A stretch of 64,000 nt of DNA from Mobula hypostoma (Eukaryota), in assembly GCF_963921235.1 (NCBI RefSeq), contig NC_086108.1, positions 108,998,001 through 109,062,000 on the forward strand. The letters run 5' to 3'. A program made the position numbers and the translations under genes. A model generated the notes under the pieces. The model ran no database searches. It worked only from the letters and a program-made list of their open reading frames with translations, and had not been told where the DNA came from. Of the stretch, positions 1 to 12,278 are shown piece by piece (the stretch's first letter is position 1; each line of letters starts with the position of its first letter).

Positions 1-257
1 CACTCCATCCGGCCATCTCCCACACACTCCCCACTGTCCCCCATCTGCCTTCCACACCCTCCTTATTTGGTTCCATTTTTCACCTCCTTCTCCCACCAGA
101 CTTTCTCAACATCAGCCTTTTGTCACCTCCATCTATTCTCTCCCAACCTCTGCCACTATGTCCACTCTCCCCTTCTCTATCTGCCAAATTCCCCCCCTCA
201 CTTGTACCCATCCATCACTTGCCAGCTCTTGACCCACTCCTTCCACTCACCTCACTA

Positions 258-450
258 TACAGACACAAAAGATTCTGCAGATGCTGAAAGTTCAGAGCAA
301 CACATACAAAATGCTGGACAAATTCAGCAAGTTAGGAAGCATCTATGAGGTCTATGTTTCAGGCTGAGTCCGAATGAAGGCTCTCGGCCTGAAACATCAA
401 CCTCCAAAGATGCCGCCTGACCCGCTGAGTTCCTCCAGCACTTTGTGTAC
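258..450. mobile_element. Decayed self-inverted PLE terminal-repeat fragment
   Basis: Minus-oriented arm (gattctgcagatgctg...gcatctat) followed by a plus arm with a degenerate hammerhead-like core (gtccgaatgaaggctctcggcctgaaacatc) and ctgacc..gctgagttcctccagca. Confidence 0.6.
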
Positions 451-599
451 AGGCACTCTCCCCTCTACCTTTCAGTTCAGATTCTGACTAACCTGCTGAG
501 TTCCTCCAATACTTCATCTGTTGCGTCATTTGTAACATTGGCTCATATATTTAGAATAGACTAGTATTACACAGGTTTAATATTCCTCTGTTTGTATTA

Positions 600-902
600 T
601 CTCTCATCCCACCTCTCTCTCTTGCTCTCTCTCCCTCTTTCTCCCCTTCTCTCTCTCTCTGTTCCTCTCTTGATCTCTCTTTCTTTCTTTCTCTCTTTCC
701 TTCTCCCTCTCTCTCTCTTTCTCTCTCACTCCTTCTCCATCTCTCTCTCTTTCTCTCTCACTCCTTCTCCATCTCTCTCTCTATCCTTCTCTCCCTTTCT
801 CTCTTTCTCTTGCTCACTCACTCTCTCTCTTTCCCTCTCGTCCTGTCTTTCTCCATCTCTCTTTTTCTCTCCCTCTCTCTCGCTCTCCTCTTTCCCTCTC
901 TG
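600..902 (+). repeat. CT-rich low-complexity microsatellite
   Basis: Nearly pure pyrimidine (CT)n/(CTTT) tract; source of the spurious Ser/Leu ORF 592..912. Confidence 0.95.
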
Positions 903-1029
903 CCTTTGTTAACCTATCAACATTTAACTTCATCATCTTATCACCATGGCAACACCCAGATTCACTCTTTAAAGAGGTGTTTCCTTATTAATCCCTTCAC
1001 CACCTTCTCTTCAATTTTAAACAAATCAT

Positions 1030-1180
1030 CTTCTTCCCCTTTCCCAGTTTTGATGAAGGGTCTTCACCCCGAAACATTGACTGTGTTCTTCTCTCCACAG
1101 AGGCTGCCTGAACTGCTAAGTGTTTCCAGCATTTCCATTTTTACATCAGATTTCTATCATCTGCAGTTTTTTGTGGATTT
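1030..1180 (+). mobile_element. Decayed PLE terminal-repeat fragment
   Basis: cagttttgatgaagggtcttcaccccgaaacattgactg...gctgcctgaactgct...catctgcag, same motif order as the PLE copy at 18240-18375. Confidence 0.6.
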
Positions 1181-1454
1181 TCATTCGTCCCAAGCCCCCC
1201 TTTCCTCTCCTTGCAATGCAGTATTTTCTTTTCACTTCAGATTCAAATCCAGCATTGAATAATAGTGACATTTTATCAAGTAAATCAAATCTTTATTTAA
1301 CTCCGATAATTCAAACTGCTCCCAGATTGAGACTCTGGCTTCCTTTGCAATTATTCTTCAAAGTCAGACAGTTCCTTCTTCTTTTCTGACTTACTGATTC
1401 ATTTTGTGCCCAAACCTGTGTGTTTTACACCTCAATTTCAAGCTCAGTCAGTTC

Positions 1455-2757
1455 TGTCTTGGACATGAACTTCCCCATCATAGAGGACACCTTCAAAAGG
1501 CAATGCCTCAAAAAGGCAGCATTCATCATTGAGGACCCCCATCACCCAGGACATGCCCTCTTCTCAAAGTTCAAATTTTAAAGTACATTTATTATCAAAG
1601 TATGTATACATTATACAGCCTTGAGATTTGTCTCTTTACAGGCAGTCACAAAACAAAGAAATCGAGAAGAACTCATTAAAAAAAGTTACTGTCAAACATC
1701 CAATGTGTGACAGAAAAATAAACAAATCAAGTAAACGATAAACACAAGTAAATAGTGTTCTGAACTGAAGTCCACAAAGACCCTTAGCTCAGTGCAGAAT
1801 GGAGCAGCAAGCTGAACCAACCTGTTCCTTGCCTCGGGCCCCGACACCCTGACCTCTTCAATCTGTCCCGGCACCCAAATCGTCACCCCAACAACTTGAT
1901 TCTCATTGCTACCATCAGAGAGCAGCTCCAGGATGCTGAAGACACACCCTCAGTGTCTTAGAAAAGACTTCTTCCCCTCCACCCTCTGATTTCTTTGCTC
2001 ATTTTCCACTACTTATTTTTTATATTTCTTATTGTAAAATAGTAATTTTTAAATGTTCCTTAAAGTGGTCATAGCTGGGGGTGGTAGTGGGAATAAGCTC
2101 CCACTCCCTATTAAACACTCCCACTGGCGTGCATTTTAAATAGCTTCTGACAACCAAGTCCAGCTCCTGGCCTTCACGTGTGGCTTAACCACTAAGCCCA
2201 GTGGAACCGTTTCTACTGATACAAGAAGGGGCAAAGGCAGATTATTGGTGCCTCAAAACCAGCCTTTTTTCAGCAGATGAGGCTTATCAACCGTGGTTGG
2301 CAGCTCATCTAGGAGAAGGAAAACTCTGACTTTAAACCATTGCTGCCTTGCGGCTGTGCCCATTTCTGGCGAAAGTTTCGGGAGTACACCCCGGGGAGAA
2401 ATCCGGAGCTGGAGTCCCTAAGGCAGTCCTACGTTGAGTTCAACGCTGACTGGCAACTCCTGAGATGTCGCTGGTGTCAGTCTGCGTTGATCTCTGTCGT
2501 TCCTGTGGAATCATCAGCTGCATGAAGAGGGGAGCTTGCTGCAATGGTACGAGCTTGCTCTCCATATTGTACTGCCCTGGCTTGTGTACTGGCCTGCGTA
2601 TCAGGTAGACAGCTACAACGCAACATCCATAGTTGACCCTAACCAACAGAGGGCCACAACCTCAATTTTTTAATGTATTGTACTGTACTGCTACCACAAA
2701 ACAACAAAATTCATGACATATATCAGTGATAATAAACCTGATTATGATTCTGATTCT
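1455..2757 (+). mobile_element. Rex1/Babar LINE 3' fragment, interrupted twice (about 1567-1895 and 2057-2663)
   Basis: Similar to 31180-31600 (catcacccaggacatgccctcttctca...ttgctaccatcag); ends in gtgataataaacctgattatgattctgattct. Confidence 0.7.
2057..2663 (+). mobile_element. Non-autonomous retroelement of about 600 bp, possibly RTE-related
   Basis: GC-richer block flanked by a 13-bp direct repeat aatttttaaatgt (2044-2056) / aattttttaatgt (2664-2676) inside an AT-rich LINE tail; family and strand are inferred. Confidence 0.6.
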
Positions 2758-3011
2758 TTCATGATTTAGTACTGACCTTCAAATAACCTTCAACTTCTAA
2801 TAAATGGCATTGATTTAATCACAAAGAAGTCACTTGGCAGTACTGCTTCCTTAGGAGTTTGAGGAGCTTTGGAGTATTATCAAAGATGCTTGAAGATCTA
2901 CAGTGGAGAGCATTCTAACTGGTCTCATCACAGTTTGGTAAGGAGCCTCCAGTGTAGAGTTGTACACTCAGCCAGCTCCATCATGGTACAACCCTTCACA
3001 TCTTTAAAAAG

Positions 3012-3697
3012 GCCCCTACACTTCCTCCCTCACCACTATTCAGGGCCCCAAACAGTCCTTCTGAGAGAGGCAACACTTAACCTGAAAATCAGTCGGGGTC
3101 ATCACACTTTTCGTCCCTCTTCCCTCCGGGAGAAGGTTCAGGAGCTTGAAGACTCATAGGGCCAGATTTGGGAACAGCTTCTTTCCAACTGTGTAAGACT
3201 GCTGAACGGATCCTGACCCGGATCTGGGCCGTACCCTCCAAATATCCAGACCTGCCTCTCGGTTTTTTTGCACTACCTTACTTCCCATTTTTCTGTTTTG
3301 TATTTATGATTTATAATTTAAATGTTTAATATTTACTAATTTAACTATTTTTAATATTTAATATTTGTAATCCAGAGAGTGTGAAGCACAGAATCAAATA
3401 TCGCTGTGATGATTGTACGTTCTAGTACCAATTGTTTGGCGACAATAAAGTATAAAGTATAAAGTATTATATCTGGTGCTCCCTGTGCAGTCTCGACTAC
3501 ATCCAGTGCAGACTGCGGCACCTCTCCAATGAAAACCTTTGCCCTGTCTACTACAAAATTCAGGATCCACAGGTGACTACCCATTTCAATTTGACTTCCC
3601 ATTGCCATATCAACAAGTCTGTCCGTGACCTTCTCCTCTACTGCCATGATGAAGCCAAACTCAGGTTGGAGGAGCAACACCTCATATTCCATCTGGG
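3012..3697 (+). mobile_element. Decayed PLE GIY-YIG fragment split by a Rex1/Babar insertion
   Basis: cagggccccaaacagtccttc (GPKQSF) and gatgaagccaaactcaggttggaggagcaacacctcatattc (closely matching 17856-17897). Confidence 0.7.
3104..3465 (+). mobile_element. 5'-truncated Rex1/Babar LINE 3' end
   Basis: Near-identical to the reverse complement of 19870-20200; (TATAAAG)n tail. Confidence 0.85.
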
Positions 3698-3914
3698 AAG
3701 TGGGATGGGGATGGAAAGGCTGTGAGCATCTGTTCACCAGCCTCTACTGTCTCAAGACGTCAAGAAAACTTGGCAGGCCCCCAATGACTCAAACCAGTTT
3801 CTACATACAAGCCATAGAAAACATCTCTCCAGATGTTCACAGGTGGGTACGATAATTACTCTGCCCGAGACGGCAGGAAACCGCAGAGTGTTGAGGTCAT
3901 ATCTCAGCATATCA

Positions 3915-4437
3915 TACAAACTGTGCCCAGTTCTGGTCGCCTCACTATAGGAAGGATGTGGAAGCATTGGAAAGGATATAGAGGAGATTTACCAGGATGC
4001 TGCCTGGTTTAGAGAGTGTGCATTATGATCAGAGATTAAGGGAGCTAGGGCTTTACTGTCTGGAGAGAAGGAGGATGAGAGGAGACATGATAGAGGTGTA
4101 CAAGATAATAAGAGGAATAGATAGAGTGGATAGCCAGCGCCTCTTCCCCAGGGCACCACTGCTCAATACAAGAGGACATGGCTTTAAGGTAAGGGGTGGG
4201 AGGTTCAAGGGGGATATTAGAGGAAGGATTTTTACTCATAGAGTGGTTGGTGCGTGGAATGCACTGCCTGAGTCAGTGGTGGAGGCAGATACACTAGTGA
4301 AATTTAAGAGACTACTAGACAGCTATATGGAGGAATTTAAGTTGGGGGGTTATATGGGAGGCAGGGTTTGAGGGTCGGCACAATAATGTGGGCCGAAGGG
4401 CCTGTACTGTGTTGTACTATTCTATGTTCTATGTTCT
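3915..4437 (+). mobile_element. CR1 (HER1-like) LINE 3' fragment
   Basis: ORF 3997..4371 LERRRMRGDMIEVYKIIRG...TRGHGFK...WNALP is the CR1 ORF2 C-terminus; (TTCTATG)n tail. Confidence 0.9.
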
Positions 4438-4502
4438 AAACTAGCCTCTCCTCCATGGACCCTTTTTGCACTTCCCTCTGCCTCAGAAAAACAGCCAAAA
4501 GG

Positions 4503-4750
4503 AGGTGACACAGTATCACAGCAGTTAGCAGAATGCTATTACAGTGCCAGTAACCCAAGTTAATTACTGCTGTCGTTTGTAAAGGGTTTGTACGTTCTCC
4601 CCGTGAGCACACGGATTTCCTCTGGATGCTCTGGTTTCCCCCCTCAGTCCAAGGACATGTAGGTTTATTTGTCGTGTGTGTAACTGGGCAGTGCCAGCTC
4701 ATTGGTAGAGACAGGCCTGTTACCATGTTGTATCTCTGAAAAAATAACAA
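4503..4750 (+). mobile_element. HE1-like tRNA-derived V-SINE, decayed
   Basis: V-domain-like core gtttgtacgttctccccgtg...tttcctctggatgctctggtttccc...cagtccaaggac and CR1-like tail. Confidence 0.7.
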
Positions 4751-5234
4751 AATCAAAATCCCCTCCCATCCCGGACATTCTCTCTTCTTCCCTCGTCCAT
4801 AGAGAAGATACAGAAGCTAGAAAACACATACCACCAGGATGAAGATGGCACCTGCGTCCATGGTGACTTGCAGTTTGGAGATAATCTGGGTGACCCACTG
4901 CTTTGTTGTCTCTGAGAGGATTCCAGCATACCTGGAAAGGATGCGCTGACACTGGAGAGGGTTCAAAGGAGGTTCAACATGCTGATTCAGAATCAAAATC
5001 AGAGTAATAACACCGGCATATTTTGTGAAATTTGTTAACTTTGTGGCAGCAGTACAGAGTAATACATGAAAAGTATACAAAAAACTGAATATACAGTAAT
5101 TATATGTATTCATATTGTTAAGATAAAATAAGTAGTGGAAAAACAAAATTAAAAGTAAGTGTTGAGGTAGTGTTCATGAGTTCAATGTCCATTTAGAAAT
5201 CAGATGGCAGAGGGGAAAAAGCTGTTCCTGAATT

Positions 5235-8030
5235 GTACGACCTGTATAAAAAGGACGGGTTACACCTGAACCCAAAGGAGTCCAATATCCTAGCAGGCAG
5301 GTTTAATAGAGCTGTTAGCGAGGGTTTAAACTAATTTGGCAGGGGGATAGGAATGGAGTGATAGGGCTGAGGAAGGGGAAAACAGAAATAAATCAAAGAT
5401 AGCATGCAACAGAGATGATAGAAAGAACAGGCAGGAGATGAGGCATAATCACAGCCAGTGGGATGATTTCCAGGGAAATAAAGGCATGGTGCAGTTAAAA
5501 CTGAAAGCAACAAATACTGGACTGAAAGTGTTGTATTTGAATGCAAGCAGCATAAGAAATAAAATGGACGATCTTGAAATTCAGCTACAGATTAGCAAGA
5601 ATGATGTTGTAGCTAAAGGATGGCTGCCATTGGGAGTTGGATGTCCAAGGATATACGGTGTATCGGAAAGATAGGTTAGTAGGCAGAGGGGGTGGTGTGG
5701 CCCTGTGTATAAGAAATAATATTAAATCATTAGAAAGGGATGACGTAGGATCAGAAGGTATAGAGTCTCTGTGGGTTGAGTTAAGAAATGGCAAGGGTGA
5801 AAGGACCCTAATAGCCTCCAAACGCAGCCAGGATGTGGTTTACAAATTACAGCAAGATATAGAAAAGGTGTGTCAGAAGGGCAATGTCACGATAATCATT
5901 GGGGATTTTAACATGAAAGTGGATTGGGAAAACCAGGCCAGTATTGGACCTCAAGAGAGAGAATTTGTAGAATGTCTAAAGGATGGCTTTTTAGAACAGA
6001 TTGTTGTTGAGCCCACTAGGAAATCAGCTGTGCTGGATTAGGTGATACGCAATGATCTGGAGGTGATAAGAGAACTTCAGGTTAAGGAACCCTTAGGGAA
6101 CAGTGATCACAATATGATCAAGTTCACTTTGAAATTTGAGAAGGAGAAACTAAATTCCATTGTGTTGATATTTCAGTGGAATAAAGGAAATTACAATGGC
6201 CTGAAAGGGAAACTGGCCAAGGTTGACTGGAAAGGGACAATAGCAGGAAGGACAGCAGAGCAGCAATGGCAGGAGTTTCTGTGAAAAATGAGGGAAGTGC
6301 AAGACAGATACATTCCAAATAAAAAGAAATTTTCGAATGGAAGAAGGACACTACCATGGCTGACAAGTGAAGTCAGCGCCAAAGTAAAAGCAAAAGAGAG
6401 GGCATGCAAGGAAGCCAAAGCTAGTGGGAAGATAAAGGATTGGGAAGCTTTTATAAACTTGCAGAAGGAAACTAAGGTCAGTAGGAAGGAAAAGATGAAT
6501 TATGAAAGGAAGCTGGTGACTAATATCAAAGAAGATACTAAAAGCATTTTTAAATTATATAAAGGGTAAAAGAGAGTTGAAGGTAGGACCAATAGATAAT
6601 GATGCTGGAGATATTGTAATGAGCGATACAGAGATGGCAGAAGAACTGAATACGTATTTTACATCAGTCTTCACAGTGGAAGATGTCTGCAGTATACCGG
6701 ATATTCAAGAGTGTCAGGGAAGTGAAGAATGTGCAGTGAAAATTACAACTGAGAAGGTGACCAGGTAATGTCTGAGGGTGGATAAATCTCCTGGGCCTGA
6801 TAGAATGCACCCTTGGGTTCTGAAGGAAATAGCTGGAGAGACTGTGGAGGCATTAACAATGATCTTTCAAGAATCATTAAATTCTGGCATTGTACTGGAT
6901 GACTGGAAAATTGCAAATGTTACTCCGCTATTTAAGAAGGGTGGGAGGCAGCAGAAAGGAAACTATAGACCTGTTAGCCTGACATCAGTGATTGGGAAAC
7001 TTTTGGAATCACTTGTTAGGGATGAGATTATGGAGTACCTGGAGGCACATGACAAGATAGGCCAAAGCCAGCATGGTTTCCTGAAAGGAAAATCCTGCCT
7101 GACTAACCTACTGCAATTTTTTGAGGAAATTACAAGCAGGGTAGAAAAAGGAGATGTAGTAGTTGTGGTGTACTTGGATTTTCAGAAGGCCTTTGACAAG
7201 GTGCCGCACATGCGGCTGCTTAGCAAGATAAGAGCCCGTGGAATTACAGGGAAGTTACTAGCATGGGTGGAACATTGGCTGGTCAGCAGAAAACAGAGAG
7301 TGGGAATAAAGGGATCCTATTCTGGCTGGCTGCCGGTTGCCAGTGGAGATCCAGAGGAATCGGTATTGGGACCGCTGCTTTTTATGATGTTTGTCAATGA
7401 TTTGGGCTATGGGATTAATGGATTTGTGGCTTTAATGGATTAATGGGATGTGATGTTCAGGCTCTATAAGGAACTTGTGAGACCAGACTTGGAGTATTGT
7501 GTGCAGTTTTGGGCTCCTTATTTTAGAAAGGATATACTGACGTTGGAGAGGGTTCAGAGAAGGTTCACGAGAATGATTCCAGGAATGAGAGGGTTACCAT
7601 GTGAGGAACATCTGGCAGCTCTTGGGCTGTGTTCCCTGGAGTTCAGGAGAATGAGGGGGGATCTCATAGAAACATTCCGAATGTTAAAAGGCTGATTAGA
7701 TACGGCAAAGTTATTTCCCATGGTAGGGGATTCTAGGACAAGAGTGTACCACTTCAGGATTGAGGGACGTCCTTTTAGAACTGAGATGCGGAGAAATTGC
7801 TTCAGCCAGAGGGTGGTAAATCTGTGGAATTTGTTGCCAGGAGCGGCTGTGGAGGCCAAGTCATTGGGTGTATTTAAGGCAGAGATAGATAGGTTCTCGA
7901 TTAGCCAGGGCATCAAAGGGTATAGGGTGAGAGCAGGGTAGTGGGGATGACTGGATGAATTGGATTAGCCCATGATTGAATGGTGGAGCAGACTCGATGG
8001 CCTACTTCTTTTCCGATATCTTATGGTCTT
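5235..8030 (+). mobile_element. CR1 LINE ORF2 relic (APE endonuclease + RT), frameshifted with internal deletion
   Basis: YLNASSIRNK, GGGVAL, IGDFN, SDHN endonuclease motifs; KSPGPD, NYRPVSLTS, YLDFQKAFDKVPH RT motifs; jumps from RT to the C-terminus at about 7440. Confidence 0.95.
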
Positions 8031-8199
8031 AAATGCCTCCCTAACAGCACTAAGGGTGTACATCACATCACATCAGGGACTGCAGTGGTTCGAAAAAGAA
8101 GCTCATCACAACCTTCTCAAGGACAAGTAGAGATGGGTAATAAATGCTGGCTTAGCTGTCGACAGCCACATCCCATAAATGAGTAAATAAAAAAAACTC

Positions 8200-8409
8200 A
8201 AACCACCCCATCTGGCACCAACAATCATTCCACAGTCAAAGTCACTTAGATCACATTTCTTCCCCATTCTGATGTTTTATTTGAACAACAACATCTTGGC
8301 TATGTCTATATGCTTTTATGCATTGAGTTGCTGCCACATGATTGGCTGATTAGAGATTTGCATTAATGTGCCGGTGTACAGGGGAACTTGATAAAGTGGC
8401 CACTGAGTG
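8200..8409 (-). mobile_element. Tc1-like non-autonomous element fragment with terminal inverted repeat
   Basis: Ends in ataaagtggccactgagtg followed by TA; matches the reverse complement of 48743-48960. Confidence 0.75.
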
Positions 8410-8543
8410 TACTCAGACGGGAGTTCCAGAGTTGTAAAAGAGAATAAGATGCAGTTTTGAAGATAAGGAACTATGAGAGGGCAAACTGTTACCCATGCAA
8501 CAGGCTCCCCCCTCCAAGCCCAAAGAACGGCCACTCACTTGTT

Positions 8544-8820
8544 TTAGTTTTTCACAAAACTCTCTGTGAATCTAGAGATCGTTATGTGGGAAAGTCCCAG
8601 GAGACCAGCAGTTTCTGAGATACTCAAACCACCCCATCTGGCACCAACAATCATTCCATGATCAAAGTCATTTAGATCACATTTCTCCCCCCATTCGGAT
8701 GTTTGGGCTGAACAACTGAACCTCTTGACCATGTCTGCAGGCTTTTATGCATTGAGTTGCTCCTACGTGATTGGTGATTAGTTATTTGCATTAACAAGCA
8801 GTAGTACAGGTGTATCTAAT
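8544..8820 (-). mobile_element. Second Tc1-like fragment with transposase N-terminal HTH remnant
   Basis: Translation KCDLNDFDHGMIVGARWGGLSISETAGLLG resembles Tc1 transposase N-termini; largely duplicates 8200-8380. Confidence 0.75.
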
Positions 8821-9654
8821 AACATTTATTTAAAAAATTAAATGAGTACTACAAAAAGATATGTCCTTACAAAGGCTCTTGACCCAAATTATCAATCCTT
8901 TATTCCTGTCCATTGATGCTGCCTGAACTATTGAGTTCCTCTGGCACTATATGTGTACTCAGGATTTCCAGCATCTGCAGAATTTTTTGTGTTTAAAAGT
9001 GAGGAAGGGAAAATTTTACAGAGGGTGGTCCGAGGTCAGAAATTATTTGCAGAAAACAGCACAGACTTTCAGAAGTGGCAATACTGCAAGTTGGGATGGG
9101 GATTCTTAATTATATTGAAATTCAGAATGCAGAGTAACAAAGCTTTGAATATCCCTTTAAGTATTTTAATAATCACATGTGGTGAAGAATTCCTTGTTCG
9201 TCATTCTCTGGGGGAACGGTAGAAGATGGTAATTGGGGCAAACTGCCTTAATTATATATTTTACGGTAAAGGGGAATGGCCAGGCTGAGACATAGCTGTG
9301 TGGGATGTTGCCCGGCCTTTGACCTCGGCAACAATCCAGCCTGGCTTTTCAAAGCACACATCAGTTGCTTAACATCTTGGAGCCTCTTAACAACTTGTCA
9401 GTGATTCAGATAGCATTGATGTACCAGCTTGTTAGACCTTATTGCTTTTTCATTGAAGGGATTAAGTTACGCTGGCGTATGGATCTGTCAGTGAAACAAA
9501 GGAAAAGTTTGGCAAATTTCAAAGGCCATTGGCTATTGTAAAACTTGCACGCAGACAGCAAAGTGCTTTGTGAATGCAGCCATTACTATTCATTCTCTGC
9601 GATGTACCCAGAGAGAGTTGGTGGTGTGGTGCAGCAAGTAGTTCTGCTGTCTTA

Positions 9655-10840
9655 CATAGAACAATACTGCACAATACAGGCCCATCGGCCCACCATGCTA
9701 TGCTGAACTCTTCATGTACTCCAAGATCAATCGAACCCTTCCGTCCTACATAGCCCTCCACCTTTCTTTCAAACAAGTGCCTTTCTAAAAGTCTCTTATA
9801 TGTCTCTACTATACAGTGTCTACCTCTGTGACTACCCTATCAGTCGTGTGTAAAAAGCATGCCTTGGACATCCCCCCTATACTTTCCTCCAATCACCATA
9901 AAATTACACTGGACAGCAAATTTTTTTTTTTGAAAGTGTTGCTTTCTCAGAATTTTTTTTTCTTTTTGTCTATGATAGACCACTTGAAGCGGAACACAAA
10001 TGTAATTTCAGACCACTGGTATCACGAAGGAATTTGTAAAAACAAGAAATTAACTTTTATTGAATATGATATATTTAATTACATAACAGTGCTGATGCTT
10101 TGCAATAGTTCAACTAAGCTAAAAAGTATTTTGTTGCTGATTTTCATTTATACTCAGTGTCTGAGGCTTTTCACTTAAGTGTCAAACAGTAATCAGCCAA
10201 CTTCGATGGATTCCAATAGCTCTGATACAGTTTCTCCATGACCACAATGCCCTGGTGAAACCTTTCACCGTGCTCATCACTGACAGTGGCAAGACTTGCA
10301 AGGAAGAAGTCTGAATAGGAATGTAGAAAATTAATCTTTAGTGACACGTTGTACTGCATGATTTTGTATGCTTGAAGCATGTTGTCAACAGCTGCATGTA
10401 ATTTGCAGCTCTGTAGTTGCCAAGAAAATTTTCGACAGCGTCCTTGAATACCTTCCATGTGATTTTCTCCAGTCCCATCAGAAGTTCTTCGAATTGCCTG
10501 ACATTGATAACCTGTTTGATATGTGGACCAACAAAAATGATTCCTTAATCCTGATATCAATTATTCTGACTTGAATTATGAATTGAAATAACAAATATAG
10601 GCAATTTCAAAAAAATGTTGCATGATTAGGAAATTTCATGGTGATTTTCATGATCAGTGGCCCAAAATTATAAGGTATATCCAAAAGTACTCAGGAAGAA
10701 AGCCTTTGTTGTCCACTTCTATGTCTTTGGTAGTAGCCACTGCAGCACCGGGAAAAAGGTGCAGCCCCTAAACCCTGTGTTTGCCTCTTATCATTGCGTA
10801 CACCTCTATCAAGTCATCGCCTATCCTTCTTCTTTCCAAG
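9655..10840 (-). mobile_element. Decayed CR1 3' fragment interrupted by a Chapaev3-like transposon
   Basis: Tail catagaacaatactgcacaatacaggccc; body resumes after 10718 (gggaaaaagg...tacacctctatcaagtca), collinear with 34700-35050. Confidence 0.65.
9907..10718 (-). mobile_element. Internally deleted Chapaev3-like (CMC) DNA transposon
   Basis: TIR-like ends CACTGGACAGCAAA and TTTGTTGTCCACT; TTA before the left end; minus ORF SLKINFLHSYSDFF...VSDEHGERFHQ...MEKLYQ...LADYC resembles the Chapaev3 transposase C-terminus (from recall). Confidence 0.7.
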
Positions 10841-10928
10841 GAAGGGTAGCGTACCGCTATTAATGCATCAGTAACCAAGGTTCAATTCCCGCCACTGTCT
10901 GTAAGGAGTTTGTATGTTCTCCTCATGA

Positions 10929-11288
10929 AGAGAGGAGAGAGAGAGAGAGAGGGGAGAGAGAGAGGAGAGAGAGAGGGGAGAGAGAGAGAGGAGAGAGAGG
11001 GGAGAGAGAGAGGAGAGAGAGAGGGGAGAGAGAGAGGGGAGAGAGAGGGGAGAGAGAGAGGGGAGACAGAGAGGAGAGAGAGAGGGGAGAGAGAGAGGGG
11101 AGAGAGAGAGGAGAGAGAGAGAGGAGAGAGAGAGGGGAGAGAGAGAGGGGAGAGAGAGAGAGGAGAGAGAGAGGAGAGAGAGAGAGGGGAGAGAGAGGGG
11201 AGAGAGAGAGGGGAGAGAGAGAGGAGAGAGAGAGAGGAGAGAGAGAGGAGAGAGGGGAGAGAGAGAGGGGAGAGAGAGGAGTGAGAGA
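10929..11288 (+). repeat. GA-rich polypurine microsatellite
   Basis: Mixed (GA)n/GGGGAGA/AGGAGA units; source of spurious ERG and SLSPL ORFs. Confidence 0.95.
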
Positions 11289-11404
11289 ACACAAACAGAA
11301 ACAGAAACCTTGAAATGTTGACTGTACTTTTCCCTAGATGCTGTTTAGCCTGCTGAGTTCCTCCAACGTTTTGTGTGTGTTGAGACAATTTCTATGTTTT
11401 ATCC

Positions 11405-11750
11405 TTTATATAAAAGGACTAGAAATGGTGGATGCGGAGAGGATATTTCCAATGATGGAGGTATTTAGAACTAAAGAGCACAGCCTCAAAATTGAGGGGT
11501 GACCTTTTAGAACAGAGGCAAGGAGGAATTTTTTTAGCCAGTGAGTAGAAAATCTGTGGAATGTTCTGTCACAGACTGCAGTGGAGGCCAAGTCCGTGGG
11601 TTTATTTAAGGCGGAAGTTGATCATTCCTGATCGGCCAAGGCATCAAAGGATATGGCCAGAAGGCAGGTGTATTGGTTTGAGTGGGATCCGGGATCAGCC
11701 ATGATGAAATGGCAGAGCCTAATGCTGCTCCTGTGTCTTATGGCCTTATA
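11405..11750 (+). mobile_element. CR1 LINE 3' fragment
   Basis: Similar to 7690-8030 and 56110-56470. Confidence 0.8.
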
Positions 11751-12041
11751 GTCTAACTAATAAAGTAACAAGAACTCCACCATGGACAGGGCCAATCCCA
11801 TCTGCAAAAGGAGGAGGGTTGAATATGTGGCTAGCAACCCATGCCGTGAAAACACAGAGCTACAGAAACGCCAACAGGAGCTCCAAAGACCTCATCCCTG
11901 GGAGAGGAAGGATCTTCAAAAATGTATTACACTTGGGGACAAAGTGAATGAGCAACCCATGACAAGCTGCTATTGTCAGTCTATTCCCCTGTAAGGGTGA
12001 TGGGCTTAAGAACGAGAAGAAAGTAAAAAGTAATGTTTTAT

Positions 12042-12278
12042 GCAACACACATAAAAGTTGCTGGTGAACACAGCAGGCCAGGCAGCATCTCTAGGAAGAG
12101 GTACAGTCGACGTTTCGGGCCGAGACCCTTCATCTAGTCCTGACGAAGGGTCTCGGCCCAAAAACATCGACTGTACCTCTTCCTAGAGATGCTGCCTGGC
12201 CTGCTGCATTCACCAGCAACTTTTATGTGTGTTGCTTGAATTTCCAGCATCTGCAGATTTCCTCATGTTTGCATTTTT
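12042..12278. mobile_element. Self-inverted PLE mini-insertion with 15-bp TSD
   Basis: About 90-bp inverted arms; AAAGTAATGTTTTAT at 12027-12041 and 12279-12293; hammerhead-like core at the centre. Confidence 0.9.

Noticed and set aside
592..912. Ser/Leu-rich ORF as a membrane protein
   Set aside because: Translation of a CT microsatellite.
2065..2226. HDV/CPEB3-like ribozyme (GCC-TTCACGTGT-GGC resembles the CPEB3 L3 loop)
   Set aside because: P2 partner and P1.1 guanines are not convincing in this copy, and GGCTTA/TAAGCC forms a competing hairpin. Only a family consensus could rescue it.
10882..11388. ERG-repeat and SLSPL ORFs
   Set aside because: Translation of a GA microsatellite on both strands.
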